Below, piece after piece: positions 52,648 to 64,000 of a stretch of DNA of 64,000 nt. A program made the translations under genes and the position numbers. Numbering within the stretch: the stretch's first letter is position 1; each line of letters starts with the position of its first letter. The DNA is taken from contig NC_134029.1 in assembly GCF_964204645.1 (NCBI RefSeq), positions 11,930,850 through 11,994,849 on the forward strand. The letters run 5' to 3'. The notes beneath the pieces are model-generated. The model was given only the letters and a program-made list of their open reading frames with translations, had not been told where the DNA came from and did no database searches. Origin of the DNA: Tubulanus polymorphus. Its lineage: Eukaryota; Animalia; Nemertea.

Positions 52648-53242
52648 AGATTTATTTATATTTGAACCACATAATATGTTAGTTACTGGAGTAACCAATT
52701 GTGGTAAAACACATTTCATATTAAACTTGTTAGAAACTATTTATAAGAATCATTTTGATAACATAATATTATTTTGTCCTACTTATGAAATGAATAAAAC
52801 ATATAATAGAGATATAGTTAAGATAAAAAAGTTTATTATATTAAATCCTAAAACAGTAAAAGAAAATTTAGATAATTGTATAAAAATAGTAATTGATACT
52901 TATAAAAGATCAAATACATTATTCATTATAGATGATTGTGCAAATTTACATGATTCAAAAGTGAGAGAAAGTGAGTTATGTTATCTAGCTTTCTCTGGGA
53001 GACATTTTGGGATAAAAACATGGGTTTTAAATCAAAAATATAATTCAATTGTTAAAGACTTTAGGGAGAATATAAGATTTCTAGTTTTATTCTACAATAT
53101 AGATAGAAAATCTATGCAACAATCATTGGAAGAAAATCAAATTATACCTACTGAATTACATGATGAATATATGAATAAATTAAAGAATAATAAATTATTA
53201 CTGAGACTACAATTTCCCTATGAATATAAATTTATAAAATAA
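52640..53242 (+). CDS. A32/FtsK-like genome-packaging ATPase
   Basis: Walker A GVTNCGKT, Walker B LFIIDD, GRH motif, LNQKY. Confidence 0.92.
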   Translation: MNKDLFIFEPHNMLVTGVTNCGKTHFILNLLETIYKNHFDNIILFCPTYEMNKTYNRDIVKIKKFIILNPKTVKENLDNCIKIVIDTYKRSNTLFIIDDCANLHDSKVRESELCYLAFSGRHFGIKTWVLNQKYNSIVKDFRENIRFLVLFYNIDRKSMQQSLEENQIIPTELHDEYMNKLKNNKLLLRLQFPYEYKFIK

Positions 53243-53258
53243 CTATTTGTATACCTAT

Positions 53259-53630
53259 GTATTAGATACCCTATTAGATACCCTAATACCTGATACCCTA
53301 TTAGATACCCTAATACCTGATACCCTAATACCTGATACCCTATTAGATACCTTAAATACTTAAAACCCCCTTTTTTTAAATTAATATTATTTATACAATT
53401 TTCAACCAATTTATTTTTATTTTTTCAAATAATATATGAATAAGTTTGAAAATAATAAAGGTTATTTATTATTACTGAGGTTTCAATATAAATTTAAAAA
53501 AGAAATATAATTTAAGGTATTTTCAAATAATATGTATTAGATATGTATTAGATATGTATTAGATACCTTAAATACCTTAAATACTTAAAACCCCCTTTTT
53601 TATTTGCTATTATTTTATACAATTTTCAAC
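53259..53630. repeat. Short tandem and duplicated repeats between the convergent gene arrays
   Basis: (GATACCCTATTA/GATACCCTAATACCT)n; duplicated block TTAGATACCTTAAATACTTAAAACCCCCTTTTT...TTTATACAATTTTCAAC at ~53343 and ~53560-53630. Confidence 0.8.
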
Positions 53631-53665
53631 TAATATTATTATTTGAGTTAAATATAATTAATATC

Positions 53666-54145
53666 TTAATCACTTTCACTATCACTCTCCAATTCACTAT
53701 CAGGCCCTAACAATTTATTCAAATGCTCTACCGAATCTACATCAATAGTTGTTTTATTTTTATACTTATTCTTCACCCTTTTTACCGCATCATCAATAGT
53801 TGTTTCATTGTTATGCTTATTCATCCAATCAAATTTATCATTATTTTCTACTTTATGTTTCATAGAATCTTTATTATCAATATCTGTAACTATATTTTCA
53901 TTATTATCTTTATTAGTGTTTGCTCCTAATATTTCATTTACAATGTTTGATCCTAATATTTTATTAGCATCGGTTAAATCTAATTCATCTTTATTAGGTG
54001 TTGCTAATAATAAATCTTCATATAATTCTTTACCATTTACTTTTTTATTTGAAACAAATTTTGTAACATATTTAAATGGGAGTTCTATAAATTCTCTTAA
54101 ACCAACACGTTCTATTACATTAGTAATATGTACCTTTGTATTCAT
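53666..54145 (-). CDS. Polinton hypothetical protein with acidic C-terminus
   Basis: 159-aa intact ORF overlapping the upstream ORF by ATGA. Confidence 0.6.
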   Translation of the reverse strand: MNTKVHITNVIERVGLREFIELPFKYVTKFVSNKKVNGKELYEDLLLATPNKDELDLTDANKILGSNIVNEILGANTNKDNNENIVTDIDNKDSMKHKVENNDKFDWMNKHNNETTIDDAVKRVKNKYKNKTTIDVDSVEHLNKLLGPDSELESDSESD

Positions 54146-54576
54146 ATGTTTATTCCAATTTGATGGGGCGTTTGAAAATTCACCTTTACAATAATCACAT
54201 AATTTCTATTTTCACTAATATTTAATATTATTTCATTATTAGATGTAGAAGGTATTACATTATTAGATGTAGAAGGTATTACATTATTAGATGTAGAAGG
54301 TATTACATTATTAGATATAGTAGGTATTGCATTATTAGATGTAGAAGGTATTACATTATTAGATGTAGAAGGTATTTCATTATTATCAATTACATTTATT
54401 AAATTATCAACAACACCACTTTTAATATTATCGATTTCTATTAGTTTAGTTTTATAAATTTTGAAAATAGGATCAAATATCAAAGCTATATTACAAGGTA
54501 TTACATAATATAAACCATCATTATTTTCATGTGTATCGATGTATGGAATATGTTTATATACTTTACCTCCTTCCAT
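54142..54576 (-). CDS. Polinton hypothetical protein with 8-aa repeats (NNVIPSTS)
   Basis: 144-aa ORF, TATATAATAAATG start, 24-bp in-frame tandem repeat (~6 copies). Confidence 0.6.
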   Translation of the reverse strand: MEGGKVYKHIPYIDTHENNDGLYYVIPCNIALIFDPIFKIYKTKLIEIDNIKSGVVDNLINVIDNNEIPSTSNNVIPSTSNNAIPTISNNVIPSTSNNVIPSTSNNVIPSTSNNEIILNISENRNYVIIVKVNFQTPHQIGINI

Positions 54577-54608
54577 TTATTATATAAATTTTTATTAAAG
54601 TTAAAATT

Positions 54609-55458
54609 TTAATACATAAAACTATTTAATTGAGAATTTACAATATTTAATTGCGCGTCAGATATAATATAAATGTGCATTTTAAAATTTTTGATTCCTT
54701 TATTCTTTGTCATGAATAATTGTATTCCATCTTTAGTGTTCTGTAGTTTTTTCCAGAACCATGTAATGAATTATCCTCTGTTGTTCTAAAATCTAACCAT
54801 AATGCATATTTATTACCGGTATAATAATCAATTTGATTAATATTACAATTTTCAGATGATTTTACATTTTCATTCATAAAATGTTTTCTAATTTCTGGTC
54901 ATTGATCTATCATTCTCAATCCTTGACAAAATATTTTATTTGCTATTCCTTCGATAGTTATTTCTACTTTTGTTATTTCAGGATTATAATAATTATCAAC
55001 ATTTATTGCGCCATTAGTATATGTTGCAATGGTAAAAAATATTAATATACCTTTAATAGATCTTCTTGGGAAGTTAATATTCTCATTAATAATTTCATCA
55101 TTTGCATTAATAGTTACAGTTTTAAATTTATCAATATAATCATATAATAATGAAAATCCTTGATTGTATTTAGTTTGAATTATACTTGAAATATTTTCAT
55201 CAGTTACTGTATCATATTCTAAACATATATTCGATAATTTATAACCCATATCTTTATTAACGTTAGATATTACAATTTCATTAACAGGGGCAAATGTTAT
55301 TTCGAATATAACATCTTCTTGAATTGCGTATTTATATAAAGGTGCATTATTATTTATCAATTCAAAGTCTAATGGAATTTTATATTTGCTTCCATATATA
55401 CTTTTTATCAATTTATCTATAGCATTAGTTAATATTGCATTATGCGCTTCTGATCTTA
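54609..55458 (-). pseudogene. Polinton/adintovirus major capsid protein, C-terminal half (stop at 54899, frameshift ~54750, N-terminus cut by insertion)
   Basis: YKIPLDFE, YKLSNICLEYDTV, NINFPRRSIKGIL, YYNPEITKVEITIEG, KYALWLDLRTTEDNSLHGSG, IYIISDAQLNI. Confidence 0.8.
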
Positions 55459-56920
55459 ATTAGGGTTTTCTGTTATTTCACAGAAAACCCTATTGATATC
55501 CGCGTGATTATTATTAGGGTTTTCTGTTATTTCACAGAAAACCCTATTGATATCCGCGTGATTATTATTATTATTATTTTCTTCCACACTATTTTTACCA
55601 AAAGAACATAGGCTTTGTTACCTTACCGCTGTTTCATATACAATCCATATAATATCGTTCAGCTTACTGAGATCTACAAATAGCCCGCGTGTTTTTTCAC
55701 GAATCATCGTTACAAAAGCGCTGTCGGGCCGTAAACATCGAAAATTTAGCCCCATTTAATGGGGCGACATGTTTTTCGAGTCATCATCCCGAAATCAACC
55801 CGCAGGCCGACTGTCACTTCGATTATCAATTCAAGTATAAATGAACTAATTTATTGCCGCAGACTTCAAATTCAGTCGCGGTCTTCAAACAGTGATTTTT
55901 ACAATAGCCCATTTTCCTCATCAAATCATATTACCGATACACTGGAAATTTACTACTTTAGATTTTAAAAGCACTGTCGAGCCGTAAACATCGACGAATC
56001 GACGTGTGTTACTACATCGTCGTTCCGGGGATCAGCTGCGAGTTTCTCCTCATCATGAGAATCAAATCGAGTACAAATTAATTTATTACTACCAGTGATT
56101 TGGCTGCGGGTTTCAAGGAGTTAGTACAACAATTTCTATTTTTCTTTACCGAATTAACCGTGTATTTACTAAGATAAATCTTTAGTGTACCGGGGAATCG
56201 TAGGCCTAAACTAAACACGCCGAAGAGATATAGCGGAGAAAAGCTGTTATGTCGACGAGGTATCAAAATAAAAGAATATATTACTTTATTCGGCCGCGGG
56301 CTTCAACCTCTATATCAATACCATCAATACTCTATATTTCTTACAGTACATACCGATCATTGTCAAATGCACAAGCTGTTTACTAAATACAAGTATATAA
56401 CACACTCCTATCCGTATGCTGGACTCACACTTGACATTCGGAGTAAGCGTTCGCTGTGGGGGAAAGGGATCGTTCGCTGTGTCGCTTGAAGTGTTTATCG
56501 AGTTTGACGCGGCTTTAGGCCTACCGGTACTGAGCTTTACTGTATCAAACAAACACAGTACAATTGTTGCGTTTATTAACGGACTCATTGGATTGAACTT
56601 CAAAACAAAATTAATTATTTAAAAAAAAAGATATTTAGGTGGGTTGTTAAATTCAATAGGCCTACGACCAATCTTTCCGGATGTTAGGCCTACGCATATA
56701 CATAGGCTAGTAGCCTCTACTAGGTAAAGCTTTCGCTGTGGGGGAAAGGAGATCGTTCGCTGTGTCGCTTGAAGTGTTTATCGAGTTTTACCGTAAAACT
56801 CGATACGCGACCTTAAGGCTTTAGTATGGTGGCTGATAAGGGCCAAAAAAAACACGTATATGCAAATGAGGGCGACATTATGACAAAACGACAAAACTAA
56901 AATAACGCGACAAATCAATA
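55459..56920 (+). mobile_element. 5' part of a Helentron-associated element (HINE), with the 5' box duplicated in tandem (54 bp)
   Basis: ATTAGGGTTTTCTGTTATTTCACAGAAAACCCTATTG twice, then (ATT)n; same architecture as the element at 38075-38578. Confidence 0.7.
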
Positions 56921-59900
56921 ATTTTGGTTTTGTCGCCCGCGACAATTCATTATTTTGGTTTTATCGCCCGCGACAATTCATTATTTTGGTTTTATCGCCC
57001 GCGACAATTCATTAATTTTGTTTTGTCACCCGCGACAATTCAAGATTTTGGTTTTTCTGCCGCGACAATTCGTCTTTTGGATTTGTCGCCCGCGACAATT
57101 CAATATTTTGGTTTTTTCGCCAGCGACAATTCATTATTTTGGTTTTATCGCCCGCGACAATTCATTATTTTGGTTTTATCGCCCGCGACAATTCATTAAT
57201 TTGGTTTTGTCACCCGCGACAAAACAATATTTTGGTTTTGTCGCCCACGACAATTCAATATTTTGGTTTTATCGCCCGAGACAATTCATTATTTTGGTTT
57301 TATCGCCCGGGACAATTCATTAATTTGGTTTTATCACCCGCGACAAAACAATATTTTGGTTTTGTCGCCCACGACAATTCAATATTTTGGTTTTATCGCC
57401 CGCGACAATTCATTATTTTGGTTTTATCGCCCGCGACAATTTTTTTTTCTTTTTGTCGCGGTTTTATCGCCTGCGACACTTCAATATTATGGTTTTATCG
57501 CCTGCGACAATTCATTATTTTGGTTTTATCGCCCGCGACAATTCATTAGTTTGGTTTTGTCGCCCGCGACAATTGAATATTTGGTTTTTGTCGCCCGCGA
57601 CAATTCATGATTTTGGATTTGTCGCCCGCGACAATTCAATATTTTGGTTTTATCGCCAGCGACAATTCATTATTTTGGTTTTGTCGCCCGCGACAATTGA
57701 ATATTTTGTTTTTGTCGCCCGCGACAATTCATGATTTTGGATTTGTCGCCCGCGACAATTCAATATTTTGGTTTTATCGCCAGCGACAATTCATTATTTT
57801 GGTTTTATTGCCCGCGACAATTCATTATTTTGGTTTTATCGCCCGCGACAATTCATTAATTTGGTTTTATCGCCCGCGACAATTCATTATTTTGGTTTTA
57901 TCGCCCGCGACAATTCATTAATTTGGTTTTGTCACCCGCGACAAAACAATATTTTGGTTTTGTCGCCCACGACAATTCAATATTTTGGTTTTATCGCCCG
58001 CGACAATTCATTATTTTGGTTTTATCGCCCGCGACAATTCATTAATTTGGTTTTATCACCGCGACAAAACAATATTTTGGTTTAGTCGCCCACGACAATT
58101 CAATATTTTGGTTTTATCGCCCGCGACAATTCATTATTTTGGTTTTATCGCCCGCGACAATTCATTATTTTGGTTTTGTCGCACGCGACAATTCAAGATT
58201 TTGGTTTTATCGCCCGCGACAATTCATTTTTTGGATTTGTCGCCCACGGCAATTCAATATTTTGGTTTTATCGCCCTCGACAATGCATTATTTTGGTTTT
58301 ATCGCCCGCGACAATTCATTAGTTTGGTTTTGTCGCCCGCAACAATTGAATATTTTGTTTTTGTCGCCCGCGACAATTCATGATTTTGGTTTTATCGCCC
58401 GCGACAATTCATTATTTTGGTTTTATCGCCCGCGACAATTCATTAGTTTGGTTTTGTCGCCCGCAACAATTGAATATTTTGTTTTTGTCGCCCGCGACAA
58501 TTCATGATTTTGGTTTTATCGCCCGCGACAATTCATTTTTTTGGTTTTATCGTCTGCGACAATTTATTATTTTGGTTTTATCGCCCGCGACAATTCATTT
58601 TTTTGGTTTTATCGTCTGCGACAATTCATTATTTTGGTTTTATCGCCCGCGACAATTCATTAATTTGGTTTTGTCACCCGCGACAAAACAATATTTTGGT
58701 TTTGTCGCCTGCGACAATTCAATATTTTGGTTTTATCGCCCGCGACAATTCATTATTTTGGTTTTATCGCCCGCGACAATTCATTATTCTGGTTTTATCA
58801 CCCGTGACAAAACAATATTTTGGTTTTGTCGCCCTCGACAATTCATTATTTTGGTTTTATCGCACGCGACAATAGCGACAATTCAAGATTTTGGTTTTAT
58901 CGCCCGCGACAATTCATTTTTTGGATTTGTCGCCCACGACAATTCAATATTTTGGTTTTATCGCCCGCGACAATTCATTATTTTGGTTTTATCGCCCGCG
59001 ACAATTCATTTTTTGGATTTGTCGCCCACGACAATTCAATATTTTGGTTTTATCGCCCGCGACAATTCATTATTTTGGTTTTATCGCCCGCGACAATTCA
59101 TTAATTTGGTTTTGTCACCCGCGACAAAACAATATTTTGGTTTTGTCGCCCACGACAATTCAATATCTTGGTTTTATCGCCCGCGACAATTCATTATTTT
59201 GGTTTTATCGCCCGCGACAATTCATTAATTTGGTTTTATCACCGCGACAAAACAATATTTTGGTTTTGTCGCCCACGACAATTCAATATTTTGGTTTTAT
59301 CGCCCGCGACAATTCATTATTTTGGTTTTATCGCCCGCGACAATTCATTATTTTGGTTTTGTCGCACGCGACAATTCAAGATTTTGGTTTTATCGCCCGC
59401 GACAATTCATTTTTTGGATTTGTCGCCCACGACAATTCAATATTTTGGTTTTATCGCCCGCGACAATTCATTATTTTGGTTTTATCGCCCGCGACAATTT
59501 TTTTTTCTTTTTGTCGCGGTTTTGTCGCCTGCGACACTTCAATATTGTGGTTTTATCGCCTGCGACAATTTATTATTTTGGTTTTATCGCCCACGTCAAT
59601 TCATTAGTTTGGTTTTGTCGCCCGCGACAATTCAATATTTTGGTTTTATCGCCCGCGACAATTCATTTTTTGGATTTGTCGCCCACGACAATTCAATATT
59701 TTGGTTTTATCGCCCGCGACAATTCATTATTTTGGTTTTATCGCCCGCGACAATTTTTTTTTCTTTTTGTCGCGGTTTTGTCGCCTGCGACACTTCAATA
59801 TTGTGGTTTTATCGCCTGCGACAATTTATTATTTTGGTTTTATCGCCCACGTCAATTCATTAGTTTGGTTTTGTCGCCCGCGACAATTCAATATTTTGGT

Positions 59901-62900
59901 TTTATCGCCCGCGACAATTCATTATTTTGGTTTTATCGCCCGCGACAATTCATTATTTTGGTTTTGTCGCACGCGACAATTCAAGATTTTGGTTTTATCG
60001 CCCGCGACAATTCATTTTTTGGATTTGTCGCCCACGACAATTCAATATTTTGGTTTTATCGCCCGCGACAATGCATTATTTTGGTTTTATCGCCTGCGAC
60101 AATTCATTATTTTGGTTTTATCGCCCGCGACAATTCATTAGTTTGGTTTTGTCGCCCGCGACAATTCATTTTTTTGGTTTTATCGTCTGCGACAATTCAA
60201 GATTTTGGTTTTATCGCCCGCGACAATTCATTTTTTGGATTTGTCGCCCACGACAATTCAATATTTTGGTTTTATCGCCCGCGACAATTCATTATTTTGG
60301 TTTTATCGCCCGCGACAATTCATTTTTTGGATTTGTCGCCCACGACAATTCAATATTTTGGTTTTATCGCCTGCGACAATTCATTATTTTGGTTTTATCG
60401 CCCACGACAATTCATTAGTTTGGTTTTGTCGCCTGCGACAATTCATTATTTTGGTTTTATCGCCCACGACAATTCATTAGTTTGGTTTTGTCGCCCGCGA
60501 CAATTGAATATTTTGGTTTTATCGCCTGCGACAATTCATTATTTTGGTTTTATCGCCCACGACAATTCATTAGTTTGGTTTTATCGCCTGCGACAATTCA
60601 TTATTTTGGTTTTATCGCCCACGACAATTCATTAGTTTGGTTTTGTCGCCCGCGACAATTGAATATTTTGGTTTTATCGCCCGCGACAATTCATTAGTTT
60701 GGTTTTGTCGCCCGCGACAATTGAATATTTGGTTTTTGTCGCCCGCGACAATTCATGATTTTGGATTTGTCGCCCGCGACAATTCAATATTTTGGTTTTA
60801 TCGCCAGCGACAATTCATTATTTTGGTTTTGTCGCCCGCGACAATTGAATATTTTGTTTTTGTCGCCCGCGACAATTCATGATTTTGGATTTGTCGCCCG
60901 CGACAATTCAATATTTTGGTTTTATCGCCAGCGACAATTCATTATTTTGGTTTTATTGCCCGCGACAATTCATTATTTTGGTTTTATCGCCCGCGACAAT
61001 TCATTAATTTGGTTTTATCGCCCGCGACAATTCATTATTTTGGTTTTATCGCCCGCGACAATTCATTAATTTGGTTTTGTCACCCGCGACAAAACAATAT
61101 TTTGGTTTTGTCGCCCACGACAATTCAATATTTTGGTTTTATCGCCCGCGACAATTCATTATTTTGGTTTTATCGCCCGCGACAATTCATTAATTTGGTT
61201 TTATCACCGCGACAAAACAATATTTTGGTTTAGTCGCCCACGACAATTCAATATTTTGGTTTTATCGCCCGCGACAATTCATTATTTTGGTTTTATCGCC
61301 CGCGACAATTCATTATTTTGGTTTTGTCGCACGCGACAATTCAAGATTTTGGTTTTATCGCCCGCGACAATTCATTTTTTGGATTTGTCGCCCACGGCAA
61401 TTCAATATTTTGGTTTTATCGCCCTCGACAATGCATTATTTTGGTTTTATCGCCCGCGACAATTCATTAGTTTGGTTTTGTCGCCCGCAACAATTGAATA
61501 TTTTGTTTTTGTCGCCCGCGACAATTCATGATTTTGGTTTTATCGCCCGCGACAATTCATTATTTTGGTTTTATCGCCCGCGACAATTCATTAGTTTGGT
61601 TTTGTCGCCCGCAACAATTGAATATTTTGTTTTTGTCGCCCGCGACAATTCATGATTTTGGTTTTATCGCCCGCGACAATTCATTTTTTTGGTTTTATCG
61701 TCTGCGACAATTTATTATTTTGGTTTTATCGCCCGCGACAATTCATTTTTTTGGTTTTATCGTCTGCGACAATTCATTATTTTGGTTTTATCGCCCGCGA
61801 CAATTCATTAATTTGGTTTTGTCACCCGCGACAAAACAATATTTTGGTTTTGTCGCCTGCGACAATTCAATATTTTGGTTTTATCGCCCGCGACAATTCA
61901 TTATTTTGGTTTTATCGCCCGCGACAATTCATTATTCTGGTTTTATCACCCGCGACAAAACAATATTTTGGTTTTGTCGCCCTCGACAATTCATTATTTT
62001 GGTTTTATCGCACGCGACAATAGCGACAATTCAAGATTTTGGTTTTATCGCCCGCGACAATTCATTTTTTGGATTTGTCGCCCACGACAATTCAATATTT
62101 TGGTTTTATCGCCCGCGACAATTCATTATTTTGGTTTTATCGCCCGCGACAATTCATTTTTTGGATTTGTCGCCCACGACAATTCAATATTTTGGTTTTA
62201 TCGCCCGCGACAATTCATTATTTTGGTTTTATCGCCCGCGACAATTCATTAATTTGGTTTTGTCACCCGCGACAAAACAATATTTTGGTTTTGTCGCCCA
62301 CGACAATTCAATATCTTGGTTTTATCGCCCGCGACAATTCATTATTTTGGTTTTATCGCCCGCGACAATTCATTAATTTGGTTTTATCACCGCGACAAAA
62401 CAATATTTTGGTTTTGTCGCCCACGACAATTCAATATTTTGGTTTTATCGCCCGCGACAATTCATTATTTTGGTTTTATCGCCCGCGACAATTCATTATT
62501 TTGGTTTTGTCGCACGCGACAATTCAAGATTTTGGTTTTATCGCCCGCGACAATTCATTTTTTGGATTTGTCGCCCACGACAATTCAATATTTTGGTTTT
62601 ATCGCCCGCGACAATTCATTATTTTGGTTTTATCGCCCGCGACAATTTTTTTTTCTTTTTGTCGCGGTTTTGTCGCCTGCGACACTTCAATATTGTGGTT
62701 TTATCGCCTGCGACAATTTATTATTTTGGTTTTATCGCCCACGTCAATTCATTAGTTTGGTTTTGTCGCCCGCGACAATTCAATATTTTGGTTTTATCGC
62801 CCGCGACAATTCATTTTTTGGATTTGTCGCCCACGACAATTCAATATTTTGGTTTTATCGCCCGCGACAATTCATTATTTTGGTTTTATCGCCCGCGACA

Positions 62901-64000
62901 ATTTTTTTTTCTTTTTGTCGCGGTTTTGTCGCCTGCGACACTTCAATATTGTGGTTTTATCGCCTGCGACAATTTATTATTTTGGTTTTATCGCCCACGT
63001 CAATTCATTAGTTTGGTTTTGTCGCCCGCGACAATTCAATATTTTGGTTTTATCGCCCGCGACAATTCATTATTTTGGTTTTATCGCCCGCGACAATTCA
63101 TTATTTTGGTTTTGTCGCACGCGACAATTCAAGATTTTGGTTTTATCGCCCGCGACAATTCATTTTTTGGATTTGTCGCCCACGACAATTCAATATTTTG
63201 GTTTTATCGCCCGCGACAATGCATTATTTTGGTTTTATCGCCTGCGACAATTCATTATTTTGGTTTTATCGCCCGCGACAATTCATTAGTTTGGTTTTGT
63301 CGCCCGCGACAATTCATTTTTTTGGTTTTATCGTCTGCGACAATTCAAGATTTTGGTTTTATCGCCCGCGACAATTCATTTTTTGGATTTGTCGCCCACG
63401 ACAATTCAATATTTTGGTTTTATCGCCCGCGACAATTCATTATTTTGGTTTTATCGCCCGCGACAATTCATTTTTTGGATTTGTCGCCCACGACAATTCA
63501 ATATTTTGGTTTTATCGCCCGCGACAATGCATTATTTTGGTTTTATCGCCTGCGACAATTCATTATTTTGGTTTTATCGCCCGCGACAATTCATTAGTTT
63601 GGTTTTGTCGCCCGCGACAATTCATTTTTTTGGTTTTATCGTCTGCGACAATTCAAGATTTTGGTTTTATCGCCCGCGACAATTCATTTTTTGGATTTGT
63701 CGCCCACGACAATTCAATATTTTGGTTTTATCGCCCGCGACAATTCATTATTTTGGTTTTATCGCCCGCGACAATTCATTTTTTGGATTTGTCGCCCACG
63801 ACAATTCAATATTTTGGTTTTATCGCCCGCGACAATTCATTATTTTGGTTTTATCGCCCGCGACAATTCATTTTTTGGATTTGTCGCCCACGACAATTCA
63901 ATATTTTGGTTTTATCGCCTGCGACAATTCATTATTTTGGTTTTATCGCCCACGACAATTCATTAGTTTGGTTTTGTCGCCTGCGACAATTCATTATTTT
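56920..64000. repeat. 31-bp satellite array (>7 kb, runs off the window) with ~3148-bp higher-order repeat
   Basis: Monomer TTTTGGTTTTATCGCCCGCGACAATTCATTA; the pattern of variant monomers recurs at +3148 (e.g. ORF-track starts 57607/60755, 58380/61528). Confidence 0.97.

Larger units (their letters stand above)
47284..55458. mobile_element. Polinton/Maverick (adintovirus-like endogenous virus), left part
   Basis: Begins 5'-AGT; very AT-rich; two convergent gene arrays with integrase, A32-like ATPase and major capsid protein. pPolB, protease and penton were not seen in the window. Confidence 0.9.

Noticed and set aside
56920-64000. CRISPR-like array, or protein-coding repeat ORFs up to 437 aa
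   Set aside because: Units are contiguous 31-bp monomers with no unique spacers and no cas genes. The ORFs cycle through all three frames because 31 is not a multiple of 3, so they are artefacts.
56920-64000. CENP-B box in the monomer
   Set aside because: TCG/CGGG words are present, but their spacing does not fit TTCGnnnnAnnCGGG.

Overview
AT-rich invertebrate (non-prokaryotic) genomic DNA in three parts. (1) 1-24.2 kb: the last 14 coding exons of a transmembrane class-1 semaphorin (Sema-1a-like; Sema domain, PSI domain, TM helix, tail ending KVYV). All splice phases are consistent. The introns are dotted with MITEs and Helentron-type non-autonomous elements. (2) 24-39 kb: non-coding DNA with small repeats and a possible solo LTR. 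(3) 39-64 kb: a nested stack of mobile elements. A degenerate PAT/DIRS-type tyrosine-recombinase retrotransposon (minus strand; gag, RT/RNase H, methyltransferase-like domain, YR, split direct repeats) carries a 1-kb MITE. Its 5' region is interrupted by a Mag-like Gypsy element. The Gypsy pol is cut by a Polinton/Maverick (adintovirus-like) element with a 191-bp terminal hairpin, a giant-virus-type HNH nuclease, integrase+chromodomain, packaging ATPase and major capsid protein. The capsid gene is cut by a Helentron-like (HINE) end that leads into a 31-bp satellite with a ~3148-bp higher-order repeat running off the window. All family assignments come from motif recognition by eye; no database searches were run.
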